Of a DNA stretch of 64,000 nucleotides, positions 10,201-16,910 are shown in pieces. Under the pieces are notes generated by a model. That model made no database searches and had not been told where the DNA came from. It was given only the letters and a program-made list of their open reading frames with translations. Position 1 is the stretch's first letter; every line of letters begins with the position of its first letter. Origin of the DNA: Minisyncoccota bacterium (GTDB lineage: Bacteria > Patescibacteriota > Minisyncoccia > UBA6257 > JAGOQP01); assembly GCA_041674185.1 (NCBI GenBank), contig JBAYWE010000003.1, forward strand, positions 896-64,895, given 5' to 3'. The translations under genes were made by a program, and so were the position numbers.

Positions 10201-11287
10201 AATAGTTTGTATCTTGTTTATTGGGAGTAATATCTCCTCGCACGGTTGCAGCTGAAGCTGAAAGACCCGTTGCTAAAATAGTTGTTACAGAAGGAGCTGC
10301 TCCTGTATCATCACTCGCTGCGGTAAAACGGAAACGCACGATAAGAGATCCTTGTGTGCTCCATCCTCCCGCAACGTCTCCAATATTTATACCATTTGAT
10401 GAGGTTATCTCTGCTCCACTCTGTCCAGAAGGAAGCGGTGCACTGGTGCTTACCATTTGATTGGGACGCCATGCAACAGAATCGAATACCATATTCCATG
10501 GTGTTTGAGGTGCTCCCTGAATTTGTATAGTTGTAAATCCTGAAACTGACGCTGCGTTATCTGCCCATAATTTTGAAGTTGCTTGAATTTTTCCTGATAT
10601 AGGATCCACATTGAACGAAAGATTCATGCGTGTGTTTAATGCGGTTGTCCCCGATGTATTGTGATAATACAAACTATAACTCACCACATCTCCTGCTTTT
10701 ACATCGGTTTGATTGCTCCAGGTAGGAGTACCTGGATTGTTTGTATAATTTGAGACACGTAAAGAAGCATAATCCTGTGGATCATTATTAAATATAGGAT
10801 TGCTCAGAACTGCGGTTCTCCCGCTTGAAGTTCCCGCCGGAGATCCAGTCGAGGTTGGATTTGAAGTTGGAGTTCCTCCCGTGCTTTCGTTACTTACTGT
10901 TGTAAACGAAACAATTGATCCCTCCCCTTTTCCATACTGGTTCTGCGCTACTGCACGAAAATAATATGTCGTTCCCGCAGTTAATCCAGAGAGAGAAGCA
11001 GAAACTGCTGATGCAGAGGTTGCATCGCCTCCTGCTTGTACGCTCGTATGACTTCCCAATGATTGAGAGGTGCCGTATTCAAACCAGTATGAAGTTGGTG
11101 CTCCGTTTGCATTTACCTGACCATTCACGGTTGCTCCTGAAGTAGAAACACCACTTGCAGAAGCTGTGGTAACAGTGGGAGTCGCTCCCGCGGCCAGTAC
11201 TGATATATCAGAAAATGGCAAAATGCCGTTTCCTAAGATAAGGCTGATGAGTATTACGAAAATGTTTATTTTTTGTATGTATTTCAT
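7202..11287 (-). CDS. giant cell-surface protein with more than 10 Fn3-like repeats, a DUF11-like C-terminal region and a C-terminal TM anchor
   Basis: N-terminal signal peptide MKYIQKINIFVILISLILG. Repeats of about 90 aa carry the conserved pattern TxTSAxLxGxVNPNGxxTxYWFEYGTxxxLGxxT...ISGLxAxTTYYFRxVAQNxxGxxxGxxxSFTT. A poly-Gly linker SSGGGGGGGGGGSS follows. A CxxVVPSIAPQNINAGEAYTYTLTYRNG region resembles the conserved-repeat DUF11 type. A C-terminal hydrophobic anchor WWFSLLLLLIIIFLIYWIFF is followed by KKKEEE. Confidence 0.7.
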   Translation of the reverse strand: MKYIQKINIFVILISLILGNGILPFSDISVLAAGATPTVTTASASGVSTSGATVNGQVNANGAPTSYWFEYGTSQSLGSHTSVQAGGDATSASAVSASLSGLTAGTTYYFRAVAQNQYGKGEGSIVSFTTVSNESTGGTPTSNPTSTGSPAGTSSGRTAVLSNPIFNNDPQDYASLRVSNYTNNPGTPTWSNQTDVKAGDVVSYSLYYHNTSGTTALNTRMNLSFNVDPISGKIQATSKLWADNAASVSGFTTIQIQGAPQTPWNMVFDSVAWRPNQMVSTSAPLPSGQSGAEITSSNGINIGDVAGGWSTQGSLIVRFRFTAASDDTGAAPSVTTILATGLSASAATVRGDITPNKQDTNYWFEYGTTSSLGQRTATQSLTQSLTSKQSVSALISQLSANTTYYYRVVGENNKGRTTGSILSFTTTGANGDTTAQPSVSTQAASATSISGAQLHGQINANNLATTYWFEYGTDQTLGSRTAVQGAGTGSQTNDVSTSISGLSANTTYYFRAVAQNSKGRTYGNVMSFITTTGGGDTTTAPIAQTIAADTITSTSARLNGSVNPGSLTTTYWFEYGTDQTLGSRSATQSTNGSVVQAISGSISGLVANTTYYFRAVAQNSKGTSYGSILNFSTTNGNGGNSKPTVTTQNATNITQTNATLAGYIHPNGLTSTYWFEYGTTQSLGQITTSQNINAAQNVTANISGLSAGTVYYFRVVAENTMGRSQGTVLSFTTTTGGGDTTTAPIAQTIAADTITSTSARLNGSVNPGSLTTTYWFEYGTDQTLGSRSATQNGGSGSQTNPIYTNISGLSANTTYYFRVASQNSKGRVYGNVLSFITTVSGGISAPTVTTQNATNITQTNATLAGYIHPNGLTSTYWFEYGADSSLGQKTASQTLSTAQNVTANISGLSAGTVYYFRVVAENTRGRSQGTVLSFTTTSSGGGGGGGGGGSSAGGPLVNTDNASAISLTGATIYGSMFTNGYAGYAWFEYGLTKDAMDAKTNEKSIQNSQNFVPFSVELSGLQTGKTYYYRAAARNQVNTSYGNILTFNTFGTQASGKLATVLTKAPTFISQNSALLNATVNPNGITNTTAWFEYGTSAGLGSRTTAQQIGNGTNDAQTSYALTRLTPGTTYFYRVVAQNSYGTVYGYILAVQTQSGGQTFTGNTITTVNTTSFTNTTTGGSSCLIVVPSIAPQNINAGEAYTYTLTYRNGCTYPLTNSFLKIIAPDETDIQLVSSDRGVKEQNVNEVTYDLGTVLSGDQGSVTIQGEVSTGVNKGDILIFSSVFNFTDSKNRPQSVSSYLTAETLSGRTLTASIFDAFQGLFGSWWFSLLLLLIIIFLIYWIFFKKKEEEVVEEDIDVLKA
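8481..9698. repeat. two near-identical 609-bp tandem copies inside the giant surface-protein gene
   Basis: gtagtaaatgaaagcaccgttccttgtgagcgtccc occurs at 8481 and 9090. tttgatcagtaccatattcaaaccagtaggtagtggtaagacttcctgg occurs at 8941 and 9550. The period is 609 bp (203 aa, two Fn3-like modules). More diverged copies flank this pair. Confidence 0.7.
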
Positions 11288-11470
11288 ACGTATATTGATT
11301 ATTATTTAAAATGTTAGTTGTGGCTTGTATTATATCACAATGATATTTCTATGTCAATATGCTCCACATATAAAATCTCAAACTGCCACACAGCTTAAAA
11401 ACTTATATATGGAGCCGTTTTGAGCCAAGGGTTATTACGCCCTCGCTTAAAACGGCTTCTAAAAAATAAA

Positions 11471-12301
11471 TCAAAATCTTACACCGAATGAGAGACCAAA
11501 TCCTCCTCCTGGCGCCATGGAGTTATTTGGATTTGCGGGACCGCCCGTTGGTGGTGTAATTGGTGGATTTACAATGATAGTAGTTCCATTATCTTTCTGC
11601 TGGAGTAACTTATATGTTATAACTCCTAGAGTAATAACGCCCACAGCTCCAAGTGCCCATTTCCACCAATCAGAAGAAGATTCAATTTTCTCTTCATCTT
11701 CCTTTTTTCCTTCTTTTTGAGATTCAAGCCATTCTTCTAAAGTCATTCTAATATTATGTAATTCACCTCCTATAATATCTAACCTTCTATCCATATCACT
11801 TCCGATACTAATAGATATACTTTGAAGCCCTTTTTGAATCAGAAACAAAACACTATCCGATGATGCTGATTGATTCTCTGTTCTTATTTTTTCAACAAAA
11901 GCATCATAATCAACGATTAAAGTGGTCTCAGAAAGATCTAATTCTGTTAGGGATTTTCCCTTTGCATTCTTAATTGGAATTGTTTCATTCTTACAATTTA
12001 CAATTAAAAATTCTTTTATGTGTCCGGACAGGAAAACTTCCCTAGGAACAGAGAGTACGGCCCCCCTATTCATAAGAATAGTAATTTTCTTTCCACTTCC
12101 TGAGTTTGTTCTTACCCAAACATCAGTTCTGGTTTTAAATAGAACCATTCCTGGACCAAATCCAGTAAATGTAAACGTTGGGTCTTGTGGATCATTCCCC
12201 ACCTTAGAATACGGTTGGATATTTTTTGAATCTTGCGCATATGTGTTTATCACCAGCGCAGAAAAAATGAATATAACAAAAATGAATATAATTTTTTTCA
12301 A
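11471..12301 (-). CDS. hypothetical membrane-anchored secreted protein
   Basis: Signal peptide MKKIIFIFVIFIFSALVINTYA, an acidic coiled-coil segment, a C-terminal TM helix WALGAVGVITLGVITYKLL and a Pro/Gly-rich tail. I recognise no family. Confidence 0.45.
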   Translation of the reverse strand: MKKIIFIFVIFIFSALVINTYAQDSKNIQPYSKVGNDPQDPTFTFTGFGPGMVLFKTRTDVWVRTNSGSGKKITILMNRGAVLSVPREVFLSGHIKEFLIVNCKNETIPIKNAKGKSLTELDLSETTLIVDYDAFVEKIRTENQSASSDSVLFLIQKGLQSISISIGSDMDRRLDIIGGELHNIRMTLEEWLESQKEGKKEDEEKIESSSDWWKWALGAVGVITLGVITYKLLQQKDNGTTIIVNPPITPPTGGPANPNNSMAPGGGFGLSFGVRF

Positions 12302-12545
12302 CTGACACCTCTTCTGTTTAGTTTTTGATTTATTTTTATAAAATTTTTCTCAATTTGCTTCCTTTAGTCTACCACAAGATAATAAAAATGTCAATTATAT
12401 ACTATTCCCCCATATACAAAAAGAGATACACAAAATGCACCTTTTTTGTACTCATACAGAAAAACTTTAACTCTGCGGGAGTTGAGGCCTGCCTGCCGGT
12501 AGGCAGGGAATCTTATATCATCTTCTGAGATAGTTTACATTTGAG

Positions 12546-12616
12546 CGGGGACACTAGGATTCGAACCTAGATACCTGGTTTTGGAGACCAGAGTCTTACC
12601 ATTGGACGATATCCCC
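12546..12616 (-). tRNA. tRNA-Trp (anticodon CCA)
   Basis: The reverse complement folds with acceptor GGGGATA/TGTCCCC, anticodon stem CTGGT/ACCAG with loop CTCCAAA, and T-arm CTAGG-TTCGAAT-CCTAG. It lies downstream of rpmG, as in the conserved rpmG-tRNA-Trp linkage. Confidence 0.85.
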
Positions 12617-12640
12617 TTCTTTTTATTTTATCACGTATAT

Positions 12641-12674
12641 AAAACAAAATCACCCGTGAGGTGATTTTGTTTTA
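12641..12674. terminator. perfect palindromic hairpin (aaaacaaaatcacc-cgtgag-ggtgattttgtttt) between rpmG and tRNA-Trp
   Basis: A 14-bp perfect stem flanked by T/A runs on both strands. It could be a terminator, attenuator or processing site. Confidence 0.5.
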
Positions 12675-12699
12675 TAGTACTAGCCTTTTAATTGCTTCA

Positions 12700-12867
12700 T
12701 TACACCTTCACTTGTTTGTGGTTCGTATGTATGCGACACCACGGACAATGCTTCTTCACCGCAAGTTTCCCCTCTGATTTTTTATTTCTGCTCGTATAAT
12801 AATTGCGCCGTTTACATTCGGTACATTGTAATCCTATTAAATTCTCACGAAATTTTGACTTTGCCAT
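12700..12867 (-). CDS. rpmG: 50S ribosomal protein L33
   Basis: Manual translation gives MAKSKFRENLIGLQCTECKRRNYYTSRNKKSEGKLAVKKHCPWCRIHTNHKQVKV (55 aa). It carries the L33 Cys4 zinc-ribbon (CxxC...CxxC). It falls below the ORF-track length cutoff. Confidence 0.8.
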   Translation of the reverse strand: MAKSKFRENLIGLQCTECKRRNYYTSRNKKSEGKLAVKKHCPWCRIHTNHKQVKV

Positions 12868-12911
12868 ATTGGTTTGGACTATATCTTATTTTTGAATAGA
12901 AATCAATACTG

Positions 12912-12984
12912 AGCCGATGCGCGGATTTGAACCGCGGACCTACTCCTTACCATGGAGTTGCTCTACCAACTGAGCTACATCGGC
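12912..12984 (-). tRNA. tRNA-Thr (anticodon GGT)
   Basis: The reverse complement is GCCGATGTAGCTCAGTTGGTAGAGCAACTCCATGGTAAGGAGTAGGTCCGCGGTTCAAATCCGCGCATCGGCT. The anticodon stem is ACTCC/GGAGT with loop ATGGTAA. Confidence 0.8.
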
Positions 12985-13053
12985 ACATACCATCTATCAA
13001 TCTGATTTATACTAAAGGAAAATATATAGAAATTCAACTATCTATTTTCTCTG

Positions 13054-13126
13054 AGCCACCTCGCGGACTCGAACCGCGGACCTTCGCTTTACAAAAGCGT
13101 TGCTCTACCAGCTGAGCTAAGGTGGC
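13054..13126 (-). tRNA. tRNA-Thr (anticodon TGT)
   Basis: The reverse complement is GCCACCTTAGCTCAGCTGGTAGAGCAACGCTTTTGTAAAGCGAAGGTCCGCGGTTCGAGTCCGCGAGGTGGCT. The anticodon loop is TTTGTAA. Confidence 0.8.
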
Positions 13127-13150
13127 ACCTCTCCTTATAACAAGTCGAAG

Positions 13151-13336
13151 TGTGCACGGGGAAGGATTTTCCCTCGCCTCTCGTCGCGTCGCCACGCTCC
13201 TCGGGTTAGGCACCGCCTCGCTGTGCTCATTGCTATTTGCACATGCTCCGGCGTTCAAATCCTTACGTTTCGCACGCAGGTGCGAAACTCCTCCAATCAT
13301 ATTATACACCCCCATTAAGGGAGATTATAATATATG
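13151..13336 (-). other. GC-rich structured element E1 immediately 3' of tRNA-Tyr, ending in a 19-nt direct repeat of the tRNA-Tyr 3' end
   Basis: tgtgcacggggaaggattt occurs at 13335-13353, where it covers the tRNA-Tyr T-arm and acceptor 3' end. It occurs again at 13151-13169. The ~165 nt between the copies are much more GC-rich than the surrounding DNA and contain hairpins (TTTCGCAC-CTGC-GTGCGAAA). The core is homologous to element E2 at 38138..38334 (shared GCGAGGnGGnGCCT...CGAG...GAGCG.GGCGA...AGGCGA blocks). The tRNA-proximal end, CATATATTATAATCTCCCTT, resembles that of E2. Confidence 0.55.
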
Positions 13337-13420
13337 TGCACGGGGAAGGATTTGAACCTTCGTAGCCCGTAGGGCGTCAGATTTACAGTCTGATGCGATT
13401 GACCGCTCCGCCACCCGTGC
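13337..13420 (-). tRNA. tRNA-Tyr (anticodon GTA, long variable arm)
   Basis: The reverse complement is GCACGGGTGGCGGAGCGGTCAATCGCATCAGACTGTAAATCTGACGCCCTACGGGCTACGAAGGTTCAAATCCTTCCCCGTGCA. The anticodon loop is CTGTAAA, the variable stem-loop is GCCC-TAC-GGGC, and the discriminator is A. Confidence 0.85.
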
Positions 13421-13424
13421 ATTT

Positions 13425-13775
13425 TTATTCATTACCCGTACTATCAGTATTTTTATCCTTTTTCTCAAGTTCAGTAAATACTTCTAGTGAATTTTTTTCA
13501 TGTGCTCGACTTTTTTTCTTCACTGTATCGAGTTTCTGAGAAACAGCGTGATCAACCTTGAGAATTGCCACTCGCGCTTTGCGTAAACCCTTTTCAATAA
13601 ATACAAGAATCTTTTTATCAAGCTCATACATAGTATCACTCGCACCCTGTGGCTTTTTTGTGGTGGACTCTTCTTGCTCCTGTTCTTCCTGAACCAAAGG
13701 ATACGTACGAATTATAAGATATATAATTCCTGCGAGTGCCACCACAAATATTCCCTTCGTAATATACAGCCACAT
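13425..13775 (-). CDS. hypothetical small membrane protein
   Basis: 116 aa with an N-terminal TM helix (IFVVALAGIIYLII) followed by a charged coiled-coil region. I recognise no family. Confidence 0.4.
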   Translation of the reverse strand: MWLYITKGIFVVALAGIIYLIIRTYPLVQEEQEQEESTTKKPQGASDTMYELDKKILVFIEKGLRKARVAILKVDHAVSQKLDTVKKKSRAHEKNSLEVFTELEKKDKNTDSTGNE

Positions 13776-13832
13776 AGTTTTTAAGTTTAAAATAAAAAGT
13801 CGAAAAAGATATACTATATCAATACAAGAAAT

Positions 13833-14276
13833 TTATATCTCGTATCGACAAAATCGTTCTATTTTTATATTTTCTCCAATCGTTGCAATTGCTTGAACCA
13901 CACACTGCTCAATCGTTTTACTTGAATCTTTTATGAATGCTTGCGCTAACAAAGATTCAACTGAGTCTGGATTCATAGAAGCAATTTGCATTGCAATATC
14001 ATGTGCTAATTCAATAAATTTTTCATTTCGTGCAACAAAATCTGTTTCACACCTCATTTCCAATAATACCCCAATTCGTCCTGCGTGAATATAGGTCTCA
14101 AGGTATCCTGATCCCGTTTTGCGCTCTTCTTTCTTTGCCGCCTTGGCGAATCCGCGCTCAAAAATAAGTTCCTTTGCTTTTTCAATGTCTCCCTGAGCAT
14201 CATCAAGTGCGCGTTTACAATCCATCATTCCCGCACCCGTTACTTCACGCAATCGTACAATAGCTTCGTTTCCCAT
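13833..14276 (-). CDS. tsf: elongation factor Ts (short form)
   Basis: N-terminal UBA-like EF-Ts signature IVRLREVTGAGMMDCKRALDDAQGDIEKA. It is adjacent to rpsB, the conserved rpsB-tsf pair. At 147 aa it is roughly half the E. coli length. Confidence 0.8.
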   Translation of the reverse strand: MGNEAIVRLREVTGAGMMDCKRALDDAQGDIEKAKELIFERGFAKAAKKEERKTGSGYLETYIHAGRIGVLLEMRCETDFVARNEKFIELAHDIAMQIASMNPDSVESLLAQAFIKDSSKTIEQCVVQAIATIGENIKIERFCRYEI

Positions 14277-14306
14277 AAAATAAAGTACGTAATTAATTAT
14301 TAATTA

Positions 14307-15086
14307 TTATTTACTTAATTGTGCTACCAATCTCGTTATAACCCAATTTATAGATGAAAGTGAATGATCGTTTGCAGGAATAAAGAATGAAAAAGAAGTT
14401 GGATCATCATCGTTATCAATAATACCCACTACTTGAATTTTCTTCACTTTTGCTTCATGGAGAGCGGTTTTATGACCGCGTACAGAACTATCAATTACAA
14501 ACATAATATCAGGAACTCCTTTGAAATCCTCTAATCCTTTAAATTTGTTTTCCATTTTCGAAATTTCTCGTTCCATGAGTAATCGCTCACGCTTCGTATA
14601 TTTCGCAAATGCTCCTTCTGCTAATCCCTTTTTTTGACGTTTAAAATAATCTAAACGTTTTGAAAGTACTGAGAAATTAGTAATTAATCCCCCAATCCAT
14701 TTATCTACTACAAAAGGACAATTTCCCAATGCGACAGAAAGTTTTTCAACCCCCTCTCGTGCTGCTGCTTGCGTGCCCACGATTAAAATATTTTTTCCCT
14801 CCGCTTTATTCTTCTTCAAGAATTGCGCAACAATTTCAATCGCATGTAAGGTCTTGGTGATATCAATCAACTCAATTCCATTACGCACGGAAAAAACGTA
14901 TTCGCTGAAGCGTGGATTTTTTCGTGATTTTTTGTGTCCATAGACAACACCTGCTTTCGTCATTTCAACTAAAACATCTTCGTCTATAGGCGCCTGTTGC
15001 AACGCAAACAAGGACGCGAGTTGATCGTTTTTCTTTTCTTCTCCTGCATCGGTCTGTATTGCCCCTGTTTTTTCTTCGTTTGCCAT
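14307..15086 (-). CDS. rpsB: 30S ribosomal protein S2
   Basis: S2 core (VYGHKKSRKNPRFSEY ... ILIVGTQ ... VVDKWIGGLITNF) with an acidic N-terminal extension of about 40 aa. Confidence 0.9.
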   Translation of the reverse strand: MANEEKTGAIQTDAGEEKKNDQLASLFALQQAPIDEDVLVEMTKAGVVYGHKKSRKNPRFSEYVFSVRNGIELIDITKTLHAIEIVAQFLKKNKAEGKNILIVGTQAAAREGVEKLSVALGNCPFVVDKWIGGLITNFSVLSKRLDYFKRQKKGLAEGAFAKYTKRERLLMEREISKMENKFKGLEDFKGVPDIMFVIDSSVRGHKTALHEAKVKKIQVVGIIDNDDDPTSFSFFIPANDHSLSSINWVITRLVAQLSK

Positions 15087-15195
15087 AGGTTTATTTTTTA
15101 TTATTCGACGTATCCGAGATTACCATAAAAAGAAGCTTATTGCAAGATTTTTAGAATAAAAACCGCCCAAACTACAGGCGGATTACTTAACCCAT

Positions 15196-15357
15196 TCAAC
15201 ATTGAGCCGATTTTGTGAGATGTAAGTTGCGTCTAAAATTCGCAAAATCTTTCTTTAAAATCTTAACCCCTTCTACAAGAACAATACTAATTCCCAAAGT
15301 GAGAAGAATATTTCCCCAACGAGGAATATTTCTAGAACTATCAGTTTTTTGTTTCAT
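15196..15357 (-). CDS. hypothetical 53-aa membrane peptide
   Basis: Manual translation gives MKQKTDSSRNIPRWGNILLTLGISIVLVEGVKILKKDFANFRRNLHLTKSAQC. A GC hairpin followed by a T-run (ccgcctgtagtttgggcgg-ttttt) lies 10 nt past its stop. It falls below the ORF-track cutoff, and I cannot tell whether it is real. Confidence 0.25.
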   Translation of the reverse strand: MKQKTDSSRNIPRWGNILLTLGISIVLVEGVKILKKDFANFRRNLHLTKSAQC

Positions 15358-15422
15358 TTTAAACCTCTCCCAGTAATTTTAGTTGCTCTCAATAAGATAA
15401 ATAGAAGAATAAAATTTGTCAA

Positions 15423-16082
15423 TTATTTCTTTCTCCATTCCTCTATCTGCTTATGATTCCCCGAAAGTAGCTCTTTGGGAACCCCCCATGCCTTCTTCTT
15501 CGTATTCTTTTTATCAGGTATATACTGCTCTGGTCTTGTATAGACAGGATAACTTCCCTTAATATCCTCAAGAGATTCTGTTTTCCCTAAGACCCCCGGA
15601 ATGAAACGGACAATAGCATCAATAATCATCATTGCGGGAATCTCTCCTCCCGAAAGTACCACATCTCCTATTGAAATTTCCTCATCAGCAATATGAGTTG
15701 CCACTCGCTCATCTACTCCTTCGTATCTGCCACAAATAAAAACAAGATGATTATATTTTGCCAGACGCTTTGCATGTGTAGTATTAAAAACTGCTCCTCG
15801 TGTGCTTAATAAAATTACTCGTGTCTTTTGTTTCTTCTTACTCTTGTGAATCTTTTTGGTTATTGCTGTCACTCCTTTATAAATAGGATCCACCATAAGC
15901 ACCATGCCCGGCCCCCCTCCATAAGGACTATTGTCTACTTTATGATGTTTGTCACTCGCCCATTGTCTCAATTGATACGCTCGTACCTGAAATATTTTTT
16001 TTTCTTGTGCCTTACCCAAAATAGACGTCTGAAAATACGATTCAAAAAGTTCTGGAAAAAGAGTAATAATATGAAACTGCAT
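15423..16082 (-). CDS. trmD: tRNA (guanine37-N1)-methyltransferase
   Basis: MQFHIITLFPELFESYF...SPYGGGPGMVLMVDPIYKG...VFICGRYEGVDERV, which are TrmD SPOUT motifs. An AGGAGG Shine-Dalgarno sequence lies upstream. Confidence 0.9.
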   Translation of the reverse strand: MQFHIITLFPELFESYFQTSILGKAQEKKIFQVRAYQLRQWASDKHHKVDNSPYGGGPGMVLMVDPIYKGVTAITKKIHKSKKKQKTRVILLSTRGAVFNTTHAKRLAKYNHLVFICGRYEGVDERVATHIADEEISIGDVVLSGGEIPAMMIIDAIVRFIPGVLGKTESLEDIKGSYPVYTRPEQYIPDKKNTKKKAWGVPKELLSGNHKQIEEWRKK

Positions 16083-16123
16083 ATACCGAACGATTACTAT
16101 AAATAATACCCTCCTATTAAATC

Positions 16124-16154
16124 ATAAACCCCGCTCTTTTTACAGAAGCGGGGT
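16124..16154 (-). terminator. intrinsic terminator hairpin between the KH-protein gene and trmD
   Basis: aaaccccgctctttttacagaagcggggttt is followed on the minus strand by a T-rich tract and then the trmD Shine-Dalgarno sequence. Confidence 0.55.
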
Positions 16155-16175
16155 TTATATATATCGTAAACTAAT

Positions 16176-16505
16176 TTAGAGATTCTTCAACTCTTCCATT
16201 GCTCGATCAACATCTGAAGGCTCTGATTCGATTTCTTGACGAGGCATTGATCCTCCTTCGGGCTCAAGGATTTTGAGGTTCACTCGGGCATTATTTTTCA
16301 TACCCACGATACGAAGCAAAGACCGAATCGCTTTTGCGGTTGATCCTTGGCGTCCAACTACTTGACCCATGTCAGCGCGGTTTACCTTAAGGGTAAGAAG
16401 AACTCCCATTTCATCAATCTTGCGTTCTACTACTACATCAGCAGGAGTATCCACGATTGATTTTACGAGAAACTCAAGAAATTCCTGATCTTTAAACTGT
16501 TCCAT
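16176..16505 (-). CDS. KH-domain RNA-binding protein (UPF0109/YlqC-like)
   Basis: KH fold with the GxxG motif (VVGRQGSTAKAIRSLL). It lies in the conserved rpsP-KH-trmD neighbourhood. Confidence 0.75.
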   Translation of the reverse strand: MEQFKDQEFLEFLVKSIVDTPADVVVERKIDEMGVLLTLKVNRADMGQVVGRQGSTAKAIRSLLRIVGMKNNARVNLKILEPEGGSMPRQEIESEPSDVDRAMEELKNL

Positions 16506-16561
16506 GAATGTCTATTCTTTCTTGTTTGAAACGACCTTTTTTCTTTACAGATGATAAATGA

Positions 16562-16846
16562 TTATGACTTCTTTACCTCTTTCTTTTTTTTATGCAATGC
16601 AATCTTTGTTCCCTCTATTAACTTTGCAGTAACTAAAATATTATGCACAGAATCAGTAGGCATGGCGCCAGATTTCATCCAATACTGCACTCGTTCTGCA
16701 TTTACAGAAAATTTATTGGTGTGTGGATTATACCATCCAATGTCCTCTAATGATTTACCATCTAATTTTGAGCGCTTTTCACCGATTACAATACGGTACG
16801 AAATTTGCTTCTTTTTTCCTATCGGTCGTAATTTAATTGCTAACAT
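16562..16846 (-). CDS. rpsP: 30S ribosomal protein S16
   Basis: MLAIKLRPIGKKKQISYRIVIGEKRSKLDGKSLEDIGWYNPHT, S16 family. Confidence 0.9.
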   Translation of the reverse strand: MLAIKLRPIGKKKQISYRIVIGEKRSKLDGKSLEDIGWYNPHTNKFSVNAERVQYWMKSGAMPTDSVHNILVTAKLIEGTKIALHKKKKEVKKS

Positions 16847-16910
16847 GAGTATAAATTTATTATGGGGTAATAGTAGACAAAAATAGTATATAAGTCAAGA
16901 ATTTAGGCTC

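Noticed and set aside
8973-10499. Short ORFs antisense to the giant surface-protein gene (8973..9155, 9856..10068, 10221..10460, 10311..10499)
   Set aside because: They are embedded in a continuous 4-kb ORF that has a clear domain repeat structure on the opposite strand.
13034-13315. 93-aa ORF (...GATLAQLVEQRFCKAKVRGSSP...)
   Set aside because: It is a read-through translation of tRNA-Thr and element E1 on the antisense or tRNA strand. The LAQLVEQ...GSSP string is the familiar artefact of translating a tRNA D-arm and T-arm region.
13151-13336. Element E1 as a degenerate tRNA-Gly, tmRNA, SRP RNA or RNase P RNA
   Set aside because: I tried to fold it as a tRNA. The position would correspond to glyT in the E. 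coli thrU-tyrU-glyT-thrT arrangement. It gave no acceptor or anticodon arms. I found no tmRNA 5' GGGG...GAC or 3' CCA-arm pairing and no SRP domain IV motif, and it is too short for RNase P.
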